Below, in pieces: positions 8,190 through 11,002 of a stretch of 11,002 nt of DNA. Every line of letters begins with the position of its first letter. Position 1 is the first letter of the stretch. Below the pieces are notes generated by a model. The model was not told where the DNA came from, did no database searches, and saw nothing but the letters and a program-made list of their open reading frames with translations. The stretch is taken from positions 1 through 11,002 of the forward strand of contig NW_021827159.1 in assembly GCF_006345805.1 (NCBI RefSeq), in the 5' to 3' direction. The translations under genes and the position numbers were made by a program. Origin of the DNA: Octopus sinensis. Its lineage: Eukaryota.

Positions 8190-8241
<52 letters not shown>
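8151..8241. repeat. Inverted trinucleotide microsatellite (ACT)n|(AGT)n
   Basis: ACT units at 8151-8190 followed directly by 17 AGT units at 8191-8241; the centre is ACTAGT. Confidence 0.96.
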
Positions 8242-8242
<1 letters not shown>

Positions 8243-8304
8243 CTACTGTTATTCATATTTACCGCTGTTAAGTCTTTGGTAGCAGAGGAAACATTTATGG
8301 CCTT

Positions 8305-8437
8305 ATATACATATACATACCTACACACGCACATACATACATAAATGCACACATAAATAAATATATACACACACACACACACACACATATGTATATATAT
8401 ATATATATATATATACAAATATGTGTGCATATATATG
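8305..8437. repeat. Compound (CATA)n-(CA)n-(TA)n microsatellite
   Basis: Visible tandem runs. Confidence 0.9.
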
Positions 8438-8447
8438 TTCTTGGCTG

Positions 8448-8604
8448 CTACTTTATGTTATTGAACCTAGCGAAAGGAAAGATGATGTTGGCTTTGGTTG
8501 GATTTGAACTCAGAGCATAAAGAGCGGAAACAAAATACTTAGAGGCTTTTTCTTCATCCCCAAACTACAACGATTCTACCGTGAAGATCTACAACGATTC
8601 TGCC
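8448..8604 (-). mobile_element. Degenerate SINE family B copy B5, head interrupted by the 8606-8927 SINE
   Basis: GATTTGAACTCAGAGCATAAAGA matches the B-box region and AACGATTCTGCC matches the head; the remainder of the head probably lies at 8928-8953. Confidence 0.65.
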
Positions 8605-8605
8605 G

Positions 8606-8927
8606 GTAAGAGCGTCGGGGTCACAATCATGAAGTAGTGAGTTCGATTCCTGGACTGGGCTGTGTATTGTATTCTTGAGTAAGGCTCTTTGTTTCACGTT
8701 GCTCCAGTTCACTCAGCTGTAGAAATTAGTTGTGACGTCACAGGTGCCATGATGTATTGGTCTTTGCCTTTCCCTTGGATAACATCAGTGGCGTGGAGAG
8801 AGGGTCGCTGGTATGCATGGCCGACTGCTGGTCTTCCATAAACAACCTTGCCCGGACTTGTGTCTGGGAGTGTAACTTTCTAGGTGCAATCACATTGCCA
8901 TCCATGACGGAAGGGGATCCTTTCCCT
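8606..8927 (+). mobile_element. tRNA-derived SINE with a CORE-like central segment (family C), nested in B5
   Basis: B box GAGTTCGATTCC (about 8639-8650); CORE-like TTGAGTAAGGCTCTTT...GCTCCAGTTCACTCAGCTGTAGAAAT; flanked by AACGATTCTGCC (8593-8604) and AACGATTCTACC (8928-8939). Confidence 0.8.
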
Positions 8928-8963
8928 AACGATTCTACCAACACAATATCCCTATAAGCGAGA

Positions 8964-9183
8964 AATAATGGTTTCAAATTTTGGCACAGGGCCATAAATT
9001 TTGGGGGCAGGATTTAGTCGATTACATAGACCCCAAGTGGTCTCCTAGTGCCTATTTCATTGACTTCGAAAGGATGAAAGACGAAGTTGGCTTCGGTGAG
9101 ACTTGAACGCAGAACGTATAGAGACCGTAGAAGTGTCACATGGCAAATTGTCCGAGTCTAACCATTTTGGAAATCCAGCACCT
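8964..9183 (-). mobile_element. Degenerate SINE family B copy B6 (type I-like tail)
   Basis: TTTTGGCACAGGGCC tail, GTCGATTACATAGAC, GAAAGGATGAAAG, CTTGAACGCAGAACG. Confidence 0.78.
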
Positions 9184-9185
9184 TT

Positions 9186-9392
9186 AATAGTTTCTGACTT
9201 AGAAACAAGGCTAGCAGAGTTTCAGGAGTAGGGCCCTGTCGATTACAGAGACCTCACTGATAGTTTATTTTATCGACCCCGAAATGATGAGAACTAGTTG
9301 ACTTCAGCAGGATTCGAACTCGGAACGTTGAAATTCAGTATTGCAAAGCGTTTTTCTCTGACGCTCTTAACTATTCTGCCAGTCTGTCTCCT
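9186..9392 (-). mobile_element. Degenerate SINE family B copy B7
   Basis: GTCGATTACA, TTTTATCGACCCCGAAATGATGA, GGATTCGAACTCGGAACG, TAACTATTCTGCCAG. Confidence 0.75.
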
Positions 9393-9407
9393 ATGTTAAG
9401 GTTTCTG

Positions 9408-9533
9408 ATTTTTCTGATTTAAGCACAAGGCCAGCATGATTCTGAGAGAAGTCTTAGTCGGTTGCATCGATACCTCAGAACGTGACCAGTAATCATATGC
9501 CATCGACTCCGGAGATATGAACGTTAAAGTTGA
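9408..9533 (-). mobile_element. Partial, highly degenerate SINE family B copy B8 (tail and body)
   Basis: AAGCACAAGGCCAGC, TAGTCGGTTGCATCGA, ATCGACTCCGGAGATATGAA. Confidence 0.55.
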
Positions 9534-9849
9534 TTGTAAAGCGGTCTTTGGCCACTGTTATATGTTTTTTGACGACGGGTGTCGCCCTGACCGATATTAT
9601 ATTCCGAAGTGGTCGATAGGATGGTTCTATCTATGTAAAGTAGTATTATCCTCAAAAGCTTGGTTTGTTATAACGTCCTCTCATTATCACAGTATGATTA
9701 CTAAATCAACACAGACACGACTATCAACACAGTCTACACCTACTCTCCACCTTCTGCCTTTCCCTGTCAACCGGCTACTGGTCTATTTGTAATGGCTGGC
9801 TACTACCACTTTTTACCGGGAGGAATGTATAGTTTCACTATACAACAGT

Positions 9850-9935
9850 TGATCGCAGTGGGAATGGAATTCAGGACTTGAGGAGACGAATCAAATGCTA
9901 CAAGTTATTTATCGCAGACTTTAACGACTCGGCCG
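9850..9935 (-). mobile_element. Possible very old family B head fragment (B9)
   Basis: GGAATGGAATTCAGGAC and TTAACGACTCGGCC occur with the expected spacing, but identity is low. Confidence 0.3.
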
Positions 9936-10147
9936 AGCAAATATAGCCTGAAAAGGGAGAAATAATGAAAAAGAAAGACCTAAAGCTCGCCTACAGTAGA
10001 AAGAATATTTCAATAATGAGATTATAATTGGCAACGAAAGGATTTTGACAGACATAAATGAGTGATTGATCGACTGAGTGATCGAACGATTAATCAAACA
10101 ATCGATTAGTTAATTTAGATAATTAACTAATTGACTCTTAATGAGTT

Positions 10148-10337
10148 TATCTCATTTTGGTACCAGGCTAGAAGTTTTGAGGACAGGGGTTGATCGATTA
10201 CCTTGACCTCAGTGCGTAACTGGTACTTACTTTATTTACCTCAAATCGGTGAAAGGCAAAGTCGTCCTCGGCGGAATTTGAACTCGAAAGGTTAGAACGG
10301 ACGAAATGCCGCTAACGATTCTGCCACCTCGTTGCCT
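10148..10337 (-). mobile_element. SINE family B copy B10 with an internal 21-nt head deletion
   Basis: AGTGCGTAACTGGTACTTA, GAAAGGCAAAGTCG, GGCGGAATTTGAACTC, GCCGCTAACGATTCTGCC. Confidence 0.85.
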
Positions 10338-10354
10338 TCAATAGACTCATCACA

Positions 10355-10542
10355 ATCCTATCTGCTAAAGGTACAAGGACCGAAATTTTGGTGGGAGGGG
10401 ACTAGTTAATTACATCGACCCCAGTAGGTAACTGGTACTTATTTTATCGACCGAGAAAGGATGAAAGGCAAAGTCGACGTCGCTGAGTTTTGAACTCAGA
10501 ACGTGAAGCACTTTGCATTTCGAATCAACCAGCTCGCTGCCT
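10355..10542 (-). mobile_element. SINE family B copy B11 (type I tail, head partly deleted)
   Basis: GGTACAAGGACCGAAATTTTGG tail, ATCGACCCCAGT, GAAAGGATGAAAGGCAAAGTCGAC, TTTGAACTCAGAACG, CCAGCTCGCTGCCT. Confidence 0.85.
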
Positions 10543-10556
10543 TGGATACACACACT

Positions 10557-10579
10557 AATACTAATAATAACAATGAAAG

Positions 10580-10628
<49 letters not shown>

Positions 10629-10697
10629 TAATAATAATAATAATATAATAATACTAATAAAATGATAATAATAATATAAATAATAATAATAATAATG

Positions 10698-10736
<39 letters not shown>

Positions 10737-10795
10737 TGATATAATAATAATAACTAATAAGAATAATAATAATAATACTAATAATAATGATAATG
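10557..10795. repeat. Imperfect (AAT)n microsatellite
   Basis: About 240 bp of AAT units with GAT/ACT variants. Confidence 0.97.
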
Positions 10796-11002
10796 TAATT
10801 ATTTCGGAATGGTCATATTGCCAGTTTTAGCCAATAAAAACACACGCACTATATATTTTGGTGTTTTTTGCTTCAGTGATATTTACTTTTACATTAATCT
10901 TAATCTTATTTCGGCCAAAGCAACAACAACAAAAACAAAATACAAATTACATGAATGTATATGAACAGAAGATACAAATATTACAGGCATCCCCCCACAT
11001 AC

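Noticed and set aside
8738-8995. ORFs on both strands over the family C SINE
   Set aside because: They lie inside a SINE body and cross element borders.
9517-9792. 91-aa plus-strand ORF
   Set aside because: It starts within the decayed SINE copy B8; no recognisable motif or convincing splice sites.
10797-10920. Possible Penelope-like terminus (minus strand CTGAAGCAAA...CCGAAAT) next to (AAT)n
   Set aside because: Only a vague motif resemblance; no RT or GIY-YIG coding remnant and no second repeat in the window.

Overview
Eukaryotic, repeat-saturated, essentially non-coding DNA. It is most likely an octopus (coleoid cephalopod) intron or intergenic region; this is inferred from recalled SINE families and microsatellite load, not from a database search. 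No intact protein-coding gene, rRNA, tRNA gene or CRISPR array is supported, and nearly all ORFs in the track are microsatellite or SINE read-through. The window contains: (i) about 11 copies of one tRNA-derived SINE family (called family B here), 10 on the minus strand, mostly in head-to-tail clusters and with two alternative 3' tails; (ii) three other tRNA-headed SINEs (1-255, 5425-5589, 8606-8927); (iii) two decayed 3' fragments of R4/Dong-like non-LTR retrotransposons encoding a restriction-like PD-(D/E)xK endonuclease (2011-2675, 2980-3484), plus a probable third non-coding element (3511-4002), chained on the minus strand and each bordered by a microsatellite, (CATA)n or (TAA)n; (iv) many di-, tri- and tetranucleotide repeats. 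The best leads are apparent microsatellite targeting by the retroelements, including a (CATA)n-embedded one, a 17-bp site reused three times by SINE insertions, and SINE insertions concentrated just upstream of other SINE heads. Two weak candidate exons are noted.
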